A DNA stretch of 64,000 nt from Botryllus schlosseri (taxonomy: Eukaryota), in NCBI GenBank assembly GCA_051294905.1, contig CM119378.1:4342001-4406000 (forward strand), in the 5' to 3' direction. This document shows positions 14,644 through 27,010 of this stretch, in pieces. Positions within the stretch are counted from its first letter, which is position 1. Each line of letters opens with the position of its first letter. The translations under genes were made by a program, and so were the position numbers. Under the pieces are notes generated by a model. It worked only from the letters and a program-made list of their open reading frames with translations. It did no database searches and was not told where the DNA came from.

Positions 14644-15639
14644 TACTAAACCCTAATGAAGAGATATATTGGTGAATTTGTAGTACCGGGCTTATCGAAC
14701 GGCTTGAAATCTTAATTAGGGATTGCACCGTGGTGATCGATCAGAGAGAAGCAAACATAGTGGTGCCTGTATGACAATACTGTTCTCAAATCCACATTGT
14801 CTTCGTCATTATTGGCGAGAAATGGCTTTGAAGTTACATTGCTGTCGTTAAAATACATTCATTAAATACGATTTTTTCCTTGTATATGTGGATAAATGGG
14901 CGAACAATGTATCGATTCAGCAATCCGGCCCGCCAAGTATTTAATTTTCCTATATCCGGCCCGCCGACTGGAGAAGTTGCCCGCCCCTGTTATAAAGGCT
15001 ATGGTAAAACCACGAGGGCTGAGCTGGAAAGTTTACCTTTTATTTTTTAGTCAACCGACCACGACGTGGGAAAATTTTACCATTTTTGCAAGATTTTCCT
15101 CAGTTGTCTCCGGTATTCTAAGTTTGAAAATTTTGAAAAAGTGTCCTCCTTTCCGATTCCAAAATATGGTAACCCTAAGTGATAGGCCTATTTAGGATTG
15201 AAATTATTCGAAAATCCAGGTTAGAATCTAAATATTAGTGCAGTGTCGCAAATAATATTTCCTACGAAATTTTTTTAATCAGTTATAAGTTCAAATTCAA
15301 CGGCATTTTCATATCATTCTCGATATCCAGAAACTGATGATACGTTGGATACGTGCTCTGAAGTTGTAGTTCCTGGTCTCCACTTTATGTCACGTGTACG
15401 GCGGTAAGCGATTTCTTCATCTTCACTTAGCAGGTTGGCGTCCACTTGACAGGTTCGGATCCGCTAGTGAACGACAGTGCAATAATTGGTGCACAATGAA
15501 CTTTCATCGCAGGTTAATGAGGTGAGCCGTCATATTGAAGTTTAATATATATATTGATATGCTCTTATTAGAGAATGCTTTACGCGTTTCGCCGTAGTCA
15601 CATATACTTGGCATGCTTCTTGGTACATCGATCGTCGCG

Positions 15640-15711
15640 CGTCCGATGATTACCGATATATTTGCTACTCTTGAATGACACCATGATGTATACACTAACA
15701 TTCTGAGGACG
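15640..15711 (+). ncRNA. SNORD76: C/D snoRNA U76-like, copy 1
   Basis: CGTCC/GGACG stem, box C ATGATTA 15646-15652, guide ATATTTGCTACT + C + D' TTGA, C' ATGATG, D CTGA 15703-15706. Confidence 0.85.
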
Positions 15712-15769
15712 TCTGCGAAGTGCTGTTATAACGTTCGTTGGTCATTTATATCTTATTACTTATTGCTTT

Positions 15770-16118
15770 CAATCAACATTTACAGTACTGTAATTAATAA
15801 TTACAGTACTGTAAATGTTGATTGGAATCGCTGGCCTTTTTGCCTGATATATCAGGTGAGCAGCTATGATTTTCCAAGTTGAAGGAATTTAATAAAAAAT
15901 AATTGAAAAATAAAACATAGTGTGAGCACAGGACACCGATTCCATACAGGGTAATTATTACAATTTCTGACACTCTGACAGCAATTGACCTGTATGGAAT
16001 CGGTGTCCTGTGCTCACACTGTTTTATTTTTCAATTATTTTTTATTAAATTATTTCCACTTGAAAAATCATCGCTGCTCACCTGATATATCAGGCAAAAA
16101 GGCCAGCGATTCCAATCA
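15770..16118. repeat. Two abutting palindromes
   Basis: Perfect 27-bp arms 15770-15796/15798-15824, and ~140-bp arms 15819-15957/15983-16118. Confidence 0.9.
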
Positions 16119-16324
16119 GGGCAATTGATACATTTTCTGACTGTCATGTTATCAGACTGCTGGGATCATTTCTGAGAATTCAATCGAAGAATCTTCATCA
16201 GTGAATGAATGAATGAGAATGAAGCATGCTATGAAGAATTGAACTATAACGAAAATTCGTATGGTGAGATTTTTCTTCAAAAAAGCTAATATATGATCAT
16301 AATAACACGTGCACAGTGCTATCT

Positions 16325-16394
16325 TGTCCATTGATGACTATTATATTTGCTACTCTTGAGTGGTGCGATGATGTGAAAACGTTTTCTGAGGATA
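16325..16394 (+). ncRNA. SNORD76: C/D snoRNA U76-like, copy 2
   Basis: GTCC/GGAT stem, box C TTGATGA 16331-16337, TATTTGCTACTCTTGA, D CTGA 16386-16389. Confidence 0.85.
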
Positions 16395-16581
16395 GTTGCA
16401 ACCGAGTAAGCTACTCGAAAACTGAGATGGAATTCAAAGTTGAGCATCCTATTCTATCAACTTTTTTTTTTGCAGAGGGGGAAAGTCGAAAGAAGGTTGT
16501 GATCCGTACGGGTAATTATATGTTCTTTTAATAGCATATCAACCGACTATGGACGAGTTGTAACCTGTAATTTTGATATTT

Positions 16582-16651
16582 TGTCCATTGATGACTATTA
16601 TATTTGCTACTCTTGAGTGGTGCGATGATGTGAAAACGTTTTCTGAGGATA
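16582..16651 (+). ncRNA. SNORD76: C/D snoRNA U76-like, copy 3 (identical to copy 2)
   Basis: Box C 16588-16594, D CTGA 16643-16646. Part of a 257-bp tandem duplication. Confidence 0.85.
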
Positions 16652-16836
16652 GTTGCAACCGAGTAAGCTACTCGAAAACTGAGATGGAATTCAAAGTTGA
16701 GCATCCTATTCTATCAACTTTTTTTTTTGCAGAGTGGGAAAGTCGAAAGAAGGTTGTGATCCGTACGGGTAATTATCTGTTCTTTTGATAGCATATCAAG
16801 CGACTATGGACGAGTTGTAACCTGTAATTTTGATAT

Positions 16837-16907
16837 TGTGTCCGATGATGACGATTATATTTGCTACTCTTGAATAGAATGATGTGAAACATTGGCCTGA
16901 GGACGCA
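16837..16907 (+). ncRNA. SNORD76: C/D snoRNA U76-like, copy 4
   Basis: TGTGTCC/GGACGCA stem, canonical box C ATGATGA 16845-16851, TATTTGCTACTCTTGA, D CTGA 16897-16900. Confidence 0.88.
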
Positions 16908-17570
16908 TTACTTGGAATGATATGGCATAAAAGAAATTTGATTTCACACAAATACTGAGGTTTTCCTGGTATCTGTTCAGTGCTTCATCGAAGATCTTCA
17001 AGCAGGACAACATGGAAACAGAGATAGGAGATGCACGTCACGTGACGACAGTTTGTGCGAGTGCGGCCACAAACATCTCGAAGAAACTGTACAAATTTAT
17101 TGAATGAATCCTAAAAATCCAGTTACTGCAACGTTTTGATTGAACTATGTCTGAATAAATCTCACTATGATTTTAAAAAGTTTTAAAGTCGGACTGTGTC
17201 GAGACCACTGTGCCTGTTCGATGCGAATGTGATCAGACTCGTTGACCTCCAAGGTTGTATTGATCATAGCTATCTGATACCGAATACTGTGCAGTGTGCA
17301 TTGGGGTTATGACTTGAAAAAAAAATTTGCCTGTGGCAGAAATTAATGAACATATAAGTTGATAAAATTACGATCGCTTTGTTCAAATCGAGAAAAAATG
17401 TACCGTACGAACCAACTCTGATTTTCGACACTGGTCCAAATACAGAAAAAATTTACCATTCAAATGTATTATATGGTAAAAATTTAATCTTCATGTATAT
17501 GTCCTTTTGCACTTCTGGTAAAGTTCATCCATCAATTTGGCTGGGTTTCTGCTATTCTTTTAGTGCCAGG

Positions 17571-18299
17571 CAGTGTTGTGATGACTCGAGTCACTTTGCT
17601 CAAATGACTTGACTCGCCATATCAGAAATGTGAATTGACTCGGAGCAAAATTCGCGAGTCATTGTCAAGTAATCGGTGTCGATTAGAATCACTGTATCTT
17701 GCGTATGTTCGGATTGTTCGCAAAATGCTGGTGTAATCCGTGAGAGCGACCGATAACTCGATGATCGTGCGATTTACTGAGCCTCCATTGTTCTCTCGCA
17801 AATAAATTGACCACAAACGAAATGGTCGAAGTATACTGTGTCGTAAACTAGTATACTCAAGTAATTTGATAGCAAAATGTATATTTCTGCTCTCTGTTCT
17901 CACCAAAATTTCAGATTATTTTTCAATTTGAGGGGTAGCCTCCCCTCTTGACCAAACCTCTGGTTTTATTGAAATTGAATTCGAAGATAGTTGATATGCT
18001 CCTCAACCATTGTCGCGGGCTCGAACTGTACCATATCAATATGTAAAGGGGTAATGTATTGCATCTTATTGATTCGTTTCTCCATTTTGGCTGGCAACTG
18101 AAACTGCAATTACTTCCGTAGTTCAACGATTCTTCGTATATGTGAGCAACACAGCGCCTTGCTGCGACTGTATATATTGGTTCAGGATCCATGACCACTC
18201 AATCTGCGTTTCAGACAGGTAGCAAAATGCAATGACGTAATGATGCCTCGTACTCCGAAAAGGCAACTTCACTTGAATTGTGACTTAATCCCAACACTG
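17571..18299. mobile_element. Inverted copy of the 13679 family
   Basis: TIR CAGTGTTG(T/G)GAT; TSD GTGCCAGG; internal homology to 13679-14632. Confidence 0.9.
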
Positions 18300-18413
18300 G
18301 TGCCAGGTACATCTACAACGGAAATATCCGACTTCCGGTGGAATAATAAGGCACTGTATAGCTGCGGGACATTCGAGTGCCAAGATAGCAGCAAATAACT
18401 CTTTGGTATACCC

Positions 18414-18834
18414 TAGAGCCCGACCGATATTGGATTTTTCGGTCGATACCGATATCTGACACCTTGACCGATAACCCCAATACATTCAGCCGATATTCAA
18501 AAGAAATTGGATATGAATAAGCACATCTTCAAAGTTTCAGAGCATTTGTTTGAACATGAACATCTTTACAGCCATTGTTATTCTTGAACATGAAATAAAC
18601 TAGAAAGGCTACATCTGGACACTTGTTGAGTGTAAGTTATGTGAAATATATCAACATTCTCAGTCGAGCGGTCAAAGATTATAGTTTTCTGGCTTCCTAC
18701 CGCCATGTTGTGACGTCACGAAAATTGCCGATAATTTTTCAGCTTCAGTGGCCGGTATCGATAATTATTTCGAAGTGTGCTGATATCGTCCCGATATTAT
18801 CGGCGAACCGATGATCGTGATCGGTCGGGCTTCA
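18414..18834. mobile_element. hAT-like MITE with CCGATA motifs
   Basis: TAGAGCCCGACCGAT...ATCGGTCGGGCTTCA; degenerate TSD GTATACCC/GTATATTC. Confidence 0.7.
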
Positions 18835-18920
18835 GTATATTCCATCTATTGACATATGGTTAGAATACTAGGCTTCCTGACACGCATTTGCGATTATTAA
18901 GCATGATTGTTTTTAAATTT

Positions 18921-19452
18921 TTGTTGTAATGACTCGACTCGAGTCACGATTTTCTGATGACTTGACTTGAGTCATTTTCTCAAAATACGGAAATGATCCG
19001 AGTCAATATGTGTATTGACTCGACTTGGACTCGAGTCGTTGGGCATGACTCGAACCAAAGTCATATGACTCAGACGGCCAAGACCGACATTTCATTGTAA
19101 TTTCGAAGAATAGTAAAGTAACCACAACGTTGGCATTTCGTTTATTGGTACTGGTACTTGAAAATGAGACCAGAAGCTGCCAAAAGTGAAGAAAATTAGT
19201 CTATTATAAATGCGAACCATTCGATATCACCAGGGTTATAGAAAGTGGGTTTAACAAGACTTTAGCTGGAAACTGAGCAGTCAACACAATGACTTGGACT
19301 CGGACTCGAGTCAGAATACCATGACTCGGACTCGACCCTCTGCTCGATGACTTGGACTCGGACTTGACTCTGTGGTGAATTGAAAATGACTCGACTTGAC
19401 TCGAGTCAAAACTATAAAAGTGAGATTGACTTGTGACTTGGTTACAACCCTG
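18921..19452. mobile_element. GACTCGAGTC-rich MITE family (CAGGGTTGTAACC end)
   Basis: Homologous copies at ~38720-39090, 50266-50632 (TSD TGTTTTAT), ~50940-51443, ~53520-53955 and ~60960-61200. Confidence 0.8.
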
Positions 19453-20541
19453 CTCATTATCCGAATTATGTTATTTCTGTGATGTTTACCAACTGAAACC
19501 TTTGAAAATGCGTGGGTCTTGAGATCAGGCTATACTACATAAGCAAAAAACTAACATGATATGACCAACGTATCATCGTGGTCATATACGGAAATACATT
19601 ACGAAAAAGTTCTGCCAAGTCGCTGCAAAAATTTTAAAAAAGTAGTACGCATTTTATCTTGAGACTTCATCGCGAGCCGCACAAACGGTATACCGGGCCG
19701 CCTGCAAGACGTTGATTTTCCACCCCGCCTTATTTCTTTCCATTCGGTGGCATGATTCCTCTTTCCATCGCCTATAGGCCTATAGGCCCAGGTGGGTGTC
19801 TGATTTGAAAGATTTAGGCCAAATAGTTTGTTTGGGGCAGATTTTAGTTAATTTGAACATTCTTTCGCGCTCCGCACGATTTACCTTGACGTGATTAGGC
19901 CTACTTGATTTTTGGAAACCCAACAAAGTATATACGGCAATCTAATATCGTATAAAACCGTTTGGATGCTTTAGCCTAGGAGTGTACAGGTGTAGGCTAT
20001 ACTGTGCAGCCTGTAGCATCGCGAATAGTTTATATGAACCATCATTTTGGCGATGGGCATTTTCACGTTAGGATACACACGTTTCGGGCAAAATGCGACT
20101 GCTGCGTGCGCTGTATGCGTTGCCAAAATGATTGGCGGCGATGAAACATTGAAATATAACAACCACCGCATGTTGGCCAAAACGTTCGTCATTGATATGT
20201 TGTGGTTTACATGCGTTGTATGTGCACCGTGACCTGCGAGAGGCACCGGTGGGGGGAGAACGTGAAAGCGGCCGCGATAGCTTGTCCAGGCGCCGAAATC
20301 AGGGATATATAGAGTTCTAGAATTCCCTGGTCGAAATGACCGGCGGGAATAGTCCCGCGCCCGCAGCTTGAGCCGCACGTCTCAAATGACATCCACACAA
20401 ATAATGAGTCCCGTGTCGGAATGAGAATTTGAAATTGCGTGATCGTCTCACGAGCAATGACAAACCTTTGCCGCTATACCGCGATGTTTGAAGCTTTGCA
20501 GACAAATCTTTTATCAGACCAAGTTAATGGTGACATGAAAC

Positions 20542-21865
20542 CAGAGGTGGTCAGTAACGAAGTACTTCTACCTTTTCGAAGTACTCAAGTAGTTTCCCTC
20601 TACTTCTGGTACTTACTCAAGTAGATCTGATTTTCGCTACTTCTACTTCTACTCCGTAATATTTTGTGATCTACTTACTTACTTTTCGCTATTTTCCGTT
20701 TGTCAAGTAGAAGTAGTTCAATCTTCCAATCAGGAAGATAGCCTGAGGAATTTCGGGGCTGTTTTCTCGGAGCATCAACATTTAATTTTCGTAAAAGTTG
20801 AGCAAAGTCCAGAATTTTCGTCGCGCGCAGTGGATACGGACTTACCAGTATGATTTCACGACAGTATTGATGAATACAATTTAGGTAGCGGGTTGGCGTG
20901 ATTCCGTTCACACAGGGATATCTAAAACTAGATATCCCTGCGTTCACACCACATTGTCGCCTTCGCCCATATGAAATAATTCATCACAGTATACATGGCT
21001 CATCATATCGTTTGAAACTGATGTTTCGCAATCTATCATTTACTTGTCATATCGTAATCTAGCATGTCCATGGCACGTCCTAACCTGGAAAAGTGGACTC
21101 TGACTTTTTTGTTTGTTGTAGTGCTGTTTTAGCATACCGCCTTTGAAACTTTCTGGACTGAAGGCATGAAAAACGTGTTCCGCTAGAAGTAGTATTTATC
21201 TTTTATTTTCAATTCCCAGTATCATATACTTTGAGTTATAATTAATATCAGTTCTTTTGTCTGGATAAAATACATGTTGAAGTATAAAAGCAAGTGTAGT
21301 AATGCCTTTAATTTCCTGAAATAATGCTACATAATATGGCATTTTTTACGGCCCCCCATATTTTTATTAACGTTTACTTATCGCGCAAAGTGTTTACACC
21401 GTATCCTATACAACTTCTCCGTATTGCTCTTCGACTAAACTACGGACCTTAAGATATGAGGGATGGCGCCATACCATGCTATTTTCTAAAACGTGCTGTA
21501 CGAGAAAACAGAGGGTAATTATCGCATTTCCATAATAATACTATCATTTTCATCCTATGATGCGGACGAATGCTTATGCTACCGAAAATTGGATACCTGC
21601 TGGTATGCATCAATATGAATCATGCTCGTCACCTTTCGCATAGCTCACTTTGCACCTTTTTACAATCCATGTGAAGGAATTAGGATCGTTTCACAACTAC
21701 TTACTTACTTAAGTACTTTTAAAGTCAGTAAATTCTACTTCTACTTCAAGTAGTTTTAGGTTGCCTATGAAAGAAGTACTTCTACTACTCGTACTTGAGT
21801 AGATTTTTTCGTCGCTACTTCTACTTCTATTTGAGTAGCTTTCTTGACTACTTTGACCACCTCTG
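20542..21865. mobile_element. hAT-like element with CTACTT/AAGTA repeats
   Basis: TIR CAGAGGTGGTCA; TSD C(A/G)TGAAAC. Confidence 0.88.
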
Positions 21866-22485
21866 CGTGAAACCGACTTGCATAATACAGGAGTTGGGAC
21901 ATTTTTTATCATCAGGCCATCTCATCATAACATATTTGATGGGCCTGTCACATATTGGTTATATGGTACCGAACAAAGTTAGACTTGGAAACGATCAAGG
22001 TATAACCACAGAAGATCGATCATTACGCGACTAAATTCAAATGATGCACATATTACGTACATTAGGTGGTCTAGTACGGTAACAACCAACATTTAGACCC
22101 TTCGCGACCAATACTGTAAGATTGACGTATAACCGATGCCGTTACCAGCTATAGATAGGTGGTTCGTGTGATTCCTTGCTTGAAACGCTAAATATGACAG
22201 AATAAAAATGGTTGACACGCTGCATACGAAAGGTTGCCGGCCCCTGCTATACAGTATACACGAACTCTCGTCAGAACGAAAGTGCGCATGATTATATGTC
22301 GTTATGTAGGCCTACCACTTAAATTATTTTGCTCAACGAGTTCAAGCCCGAAGTTATAACCGCATGCATGTGGTTGTGTCTGTTTCAGTGTACTCTTTAG
22401 TTTGTATTACTGCGCGGGTACTGAATAGGCTACCACAATTGAATAGCAAAACATCAGCCCTCTCTTTCCTTTCATAAGTCGTATC

Positions 22486-23809
22486 CAGGGCCGTAACAGC
22501 ACTTCGTCAGCCCCCCCCCAAAACCTTCGTCTTGGGCCCCCCATAGGTTGATGAACCTAACTTCTGGGGGGCTCCGCCCCCCAGACCCCCCTCAGCCTGT
22601 GCCCTGTTTCCCGCTACTTATCCTCTACATTGGCTGTCCATTCTGTGTGTCAGTTTTTCTCACCTGAACGCGCGAAGCGCGAGAAATTGTTATAATTCGA
22701 TGACTGAGTCGGTCAATATGATCGGGAATTGTATATATATTGCTGTTAGTTTTTACCCTCTCTCTTCTCACGTAATCGGATTTACCGGTAGAGCTGAGTG
22801 AGGGGTGTTTGAAAAGGTAGGAACCCTCAATAATAATTAAACATCTCCGGGTGTATACCCGTTGCCAAGAACGAAACAACACTTCGTCACGCCCCCACCC
22901 CCCAAAAAATAACTTGAGTCATGGGCTTCCATAAGGTGATAAACCGGCCCCCATCACGTTGTTCGCTTTTTCAACGAAATTATAGTGGTACCGTTTCGTG
23001 AGCCAGCGAGCCAGCGAGCCAGGTGCGCAAATTTTTGATAAGTCATGATAAATCGGTCAATAAGGTCGGTAATTGCATATATATTGTTATGAATTTATTG
23101 TCCTATCTACTCATATTTACCTGGATAGCTAAGTGAAGTGTCTTCGAAACTGTAGAGTCCGTAAATAATAATTAAACATATTCGGGTGGGCGGACCCGTT
23201 GGTGTGACTTCGTTACATGATGTTATTTTGTGACCTCCTGTCTATCAAAAAATATAGAATCGGCCAAACGTACTAAACTAAAAGTTCACACGATTTCAAA
23301 TTGGTATTTCTTCGCTGCCATATAATTTTTCCCTGCGGGATGGTATATGTCTTGTGAGGTTCAGATTGCCAAGGCAGAAACATTCGGCGCCAGTCAATTA
23401 AACCTATGTGTATTTTGTATGCCCAGATATAACGAAGTTTTCGGTCATTATAAGGGCAGTCCCTTTCGGCCAAGGTTTTCTCGCCGGCGATCGTTCTGGC
23501 ACACTTCTTGGAGTCGCATATTACATGGCCTAAAAATTTATGTCTTGGTGCGTCGTGGCGCGGCAATAGCCAACGCCGATATGCCCATTTCTATAAATAT
23601 TGCGTATTTTTTCTTCGGGGAAAAGTACCCAATAATCAAGATATGTGGCAACCTGAAATCGCGCGCAGCGCGAAAAATTTTTGATAAAGTTCCACAAATT
23701 TCCAAAAAATACTCTATAATTTATGCTAATTCACGAAATAATTTTGGGCCCCCTTCGAGCTCGGGCCCCCCCCAATTGGGGGGTTTGGGGTGCGGCAGTT
23801 ACGGCCCTG
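22486..23809. mobile_element. hAT-like element, CAGGGCCGTAAC family
   Basis: TIR CAGGGCCGTAAC; TSD GTCGTATC. Relatives at 29043-29786 and ~7879-8870. Confidence 0.9.
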
Positions 23810-24159
23810 GTCGTATCATATGTCCAGATCGGAGATGCTAATATTGCTAATTGGTTTGAAATATAGGGGGGAAGGTATGCGGAGTATTCTCGTCTGCATC
23901 ATCGAGATGATTGGACGATGCTGGAGATGCACAATGCACAGCACTGCAATTGAACCGTTAGCTTGTCGAGTCAGCAGTCAAAGCACCACAATTTGCCCTC
24001 TCCACCCCATCCAAGTTTGTACTTAGCGCCTGATCACGGATATTTTACGATCAAGTATCGCAATCCTGGGGTGATTAATCTGATAAAATTGCTAATACTA
24101 AAGTGAACTGTCTGAAAGACTTTGGTCTAACCCTGGCCGGACCAAGACATGACATATAA

Positions 24160-25542
24160 CAGTGGTCGGGAACCTATGGCTCGCGAGCCATATATGGCTC
24201 TTTTGGGTATAAAATATGGCTCTTTGCGAAATTTATATTTTTGTGCCTAATTTATCAATATTGCAGCAACTTTTTATTAAATCAGCAGCAGGACCAGCTT
24301 TATTCTTGTGGCAGTATAAACATGGCTTTGAGAGGTTAGTGAAGTGACGTATTCAAGGTTAGGGGCTCGGACCCCCTTTCAAAATCCTCAAATTTAAGTT
24401 GCTGCCGCGCCGGCGACCAATATCACTCCCGAATTCGATGTACCCGCCACGAAATCGTAGATTGCACGATACGTTGATTGCTCAAAGAGACTATAGGAGA
24501 CATGGCAGCGCCTGTAGTACGATGCAGTTTTTAAATAAACATGTCCTCCTGATCTACGGCGAGAAATTAACTGCCGTGGAAGTGACATTCACAATTACAA
24601 ATTCAAATTACAAGCAACGCCATAGCTGCCCGGCCCACGTTCTTGATTTATAACGTAGTTTTGTAGTCGCTGTTAAGATATCTAGGGGATTGGCGTATGG
24701 CGAAACGTTATGTTACCGCCGAATACTTTGAGAATTGAGAAGTCGTATCGGAATCAGTGCGACAATTACATTCGATTAATATCAGTTATTATAAATTCTA
24801 TGATGTTTACGATGAATTGCGCGATCACAGGTAAGGCGTGGACCGACGGCGCCTCACTTGTGCCTATATTCTTTCACGCTTCATTTTCGAACAATAAATA
24901 GGCAAGCTGCGAGATTTTGGCAGTAAAAATGTTCAAAATCTAGTAGGTGAGGCACTGCCTCACTTGACTCTCTTGACCCCACATCACTGACGCATCACAC
25001 ATTACAGTGGGTATGTGTACTGAATACTGAATACTGAATAGTGACCCTGTTTGGATCCGCCTACGTAAGTCATCATGCATGGGTCCTCGAATTTACGAAT
25101 AGCATCAAGATGAACCTACGATCTCGTATAGCTGACGAAAATCTCAAATTTTGTTTGAAGGTTAATCTCAACCAGGGATATATAGAGTTCTATATATCCC
25201 TGACCTCAACAATTATTATCAACCAGTCTAAAAAGTCATCAGGTCAGGAATACCATTCAACACCAAAAGACGCATTACAATTAAAAAGATATAACTTGCA
25301 AAAGATCCATGTAACACTCAAATGAGGCAACCAGCATGATTGATAAGAGCTTTTACGGTGTAACTGCAGTGCAAACGACGAATCCCTAATCCCATGTAGT
25401 GATTTCGAATTTGCGCTACCACGACGTCACGATTTTTCAATCGCGGCGTAGTAGTTCATTGACATGTATGGCTCTTTGGGAGTTTAAATGGAAAATGTAG
25501 GGTGAATATGGCTCTTCGGACGAAAAAGGTTCCCGACCCCTG
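24160..25542 (+). mobile_element. hAT (Charlie/SPIN-like) deletion derivative
   Basis: TIR CAG(T/G)GGTCGGGAACCT; TSD ACATATA(A/T). Remnant LFGSAY..IKMNLRSRIADENLKFCL at ~25041-25170 resembles the hAT C-terminal dimerisation motif. Confidence 0.88.
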
Positions 25543-26435
25543 ACATATATAGCCTATCACTTGATTTTCATCGCTTCCTATGCTATCTACTGTAGATTTT
25601 AATTCAGTGTACATTTTCTACACCAGGGACGGGCAACATACGGCCCGCGGGATTTTGAGCGGCCCCCAGAGAGATTCCGGTTTTACATGATAATGTGGCC
25701 CGCGGCTGGAGAAAGGTGGCCATGAAACTACTTCTTCTGTTCGGGTCTACGCATCAGCGAGCAAACATTTTCGACCATGAAAACGAACAGACAAAACTGC
25801 GCTTTAATCGACCTGATACTCATGTGTAGTCTTTACTAGGGCTGAGCAAAATCGAGTACCTGAGTGATTCGATTCTGAATCACGTATTATGCTTCGAATC
25901 GAGTATTCGAGTATCACTCATTATTACGTCACAACAAAATGTAATATATGTCAAAGTTCAAATATGTACTTTGCGCCACCACAACGAAAATGATGCCTGT
26001 TATCCATCACATTGAACATACTTGGGTAACTCTTCGACCCTACCGATTTCCTTGCACTTTGTTACAATGTTGTGGGAGGGTCGTGACTTGAGACATATTT
26101 CTCCAGTAACGGAGGTAGCTTTGTAGGCCTGCTATGTTTCGTATGCTGCGACAGACTTGAACAACTAGAAAATTTTCAGCTTTTTCGAATTAGATTAGAA
26201 TTAGAATTAGATCTACAGAGTTTTTTCCGAATTAGATTAGAATTAGAATTAGAGCTCCACATTTTTTCCAAATTAGATTAGAAATAGAATTAGAGCTTCA
26301 CAGCTTTTTCCAAATTAGATTAAATTTAGAATTACAATTGCTGAATTCGGAAAAGATGGAAATTGAATGAAATTGTGAATGAAAAATAAATACAGCAAAA
26401 AGTTCAGTTCATATCAAATCACAGTGGGGTCTGAT

Positions 26436-27010
26436 TATAGATTACTAACCTACGGATAGATACGCAGGTCCCGTCGTTACGCTCCGGCAAGCAGTTACAC
26501 TTGTTGCTGAGCAATCTAAAAGCTGCATAATTGGTGGTGTTATAGTTCGCGACCCGAGGGCTGAAATTTAATGAAACTGGTCTTAATCGAGAGCTACTGC
26601 CGCACTGATTCCAAAAATACAAATTAAAATCTTGACGGGGATATGGAACCACCTCAAAACAGCCTTCAAAATCCGAAAATCGGCATTGTTCCAACAATGG
26701 CACCACCGCAACACGATAAACGTAACAATTGCAATTTCACCAAGCGATTGTTCAGAACAATGCCGATTTTCATATTTCAAGGGATGTTTTGACGTGGTTC
26801 CCTTTCCCCGACAAGATTTTAATTTGTATTCTCAGAATCAGTGCGACAGTAGCTCTCAATTAAGACCAGTTTCATTGAATTTCACCTCTCGGGTCGCAAG
26901 TTATAACACCACCAAATATGCTGCTTTTAGATTGCTCAGCAACAAGTGTAACTGCTTGCCGGAGCGTAACGACGGGACCTGCGTATCTATCCGTAGGTTA
27001 GTAATCTATA
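26436..27010. mobile_element. Foldback MITE with TATAG ends
   Basis: Near-palindromic, TIR TATAGATTACTAACCTACGGATAG. Flanks differ (GTCTGAT vs GGTAGAT). Confidence 0.9.

Larger units (their letters stand above)
12354..14989. mobile_element. Non-autonomous hAT
   Basis: TIR CAGGGG(T/C)GGGCAAC, subterminal GGCCCG motifs, TSD TTATAAAG. Truncated relative at ~25623. Confidence 0.9.
10051..15003. mobile_element. P/Galileo-like element (~2.3 kb native) with a hAT inserted in its right TIR
   Basis: TIR CATAG..TTTATAAGATAGTCGTTACACTCCATT; right arm at ~12290-12353 plus 14998-15003. Perfect 7-bp TSD GTAAAAC. 20-bp TATCAGCTGTATCACTCAAG repeats at ~10190-10255 and decayed minus-strand coding pieces. 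Confidence 0.85.
9892..15177. mobile_element. hAT (Tip100-like) MITE, outer shell of the nest
   Basis: TAGGGTTACC...ATATGGTAACCCTA termini; degenerate TSD GGCGACAG/AGTGATAG. Confidence 0.65.
15411..17180 (+). ncRNA. Putative non-coding snoRNA host gene
   Basis: Pyrimidine-rich starts at 15412 or 15501, donor GTGAGC at 15522, exon ~16156-16263, duplicated 36-nt exons 16476-16511 and 16733-16768 after T-tract/GCAG acceptors, last exon from 16981 with AATAAA 17154-17159. No convincing ORF. One snoRNA sits ~80-86 nt upstream of each acceptor. Confidence 0.75.

Noticed and set aside
16316..16788. Twin 71-aa ORFs
   Set aside because: They start at GTG/TTG and run through snoRNA and intron sequence; a by-product of the tandem duplication.
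15640..16907. CRISPR-like repeat array
   Set aside because: Eukaryotic context, duplicated rather than unique spacers, and the repeats are snoRNAs.
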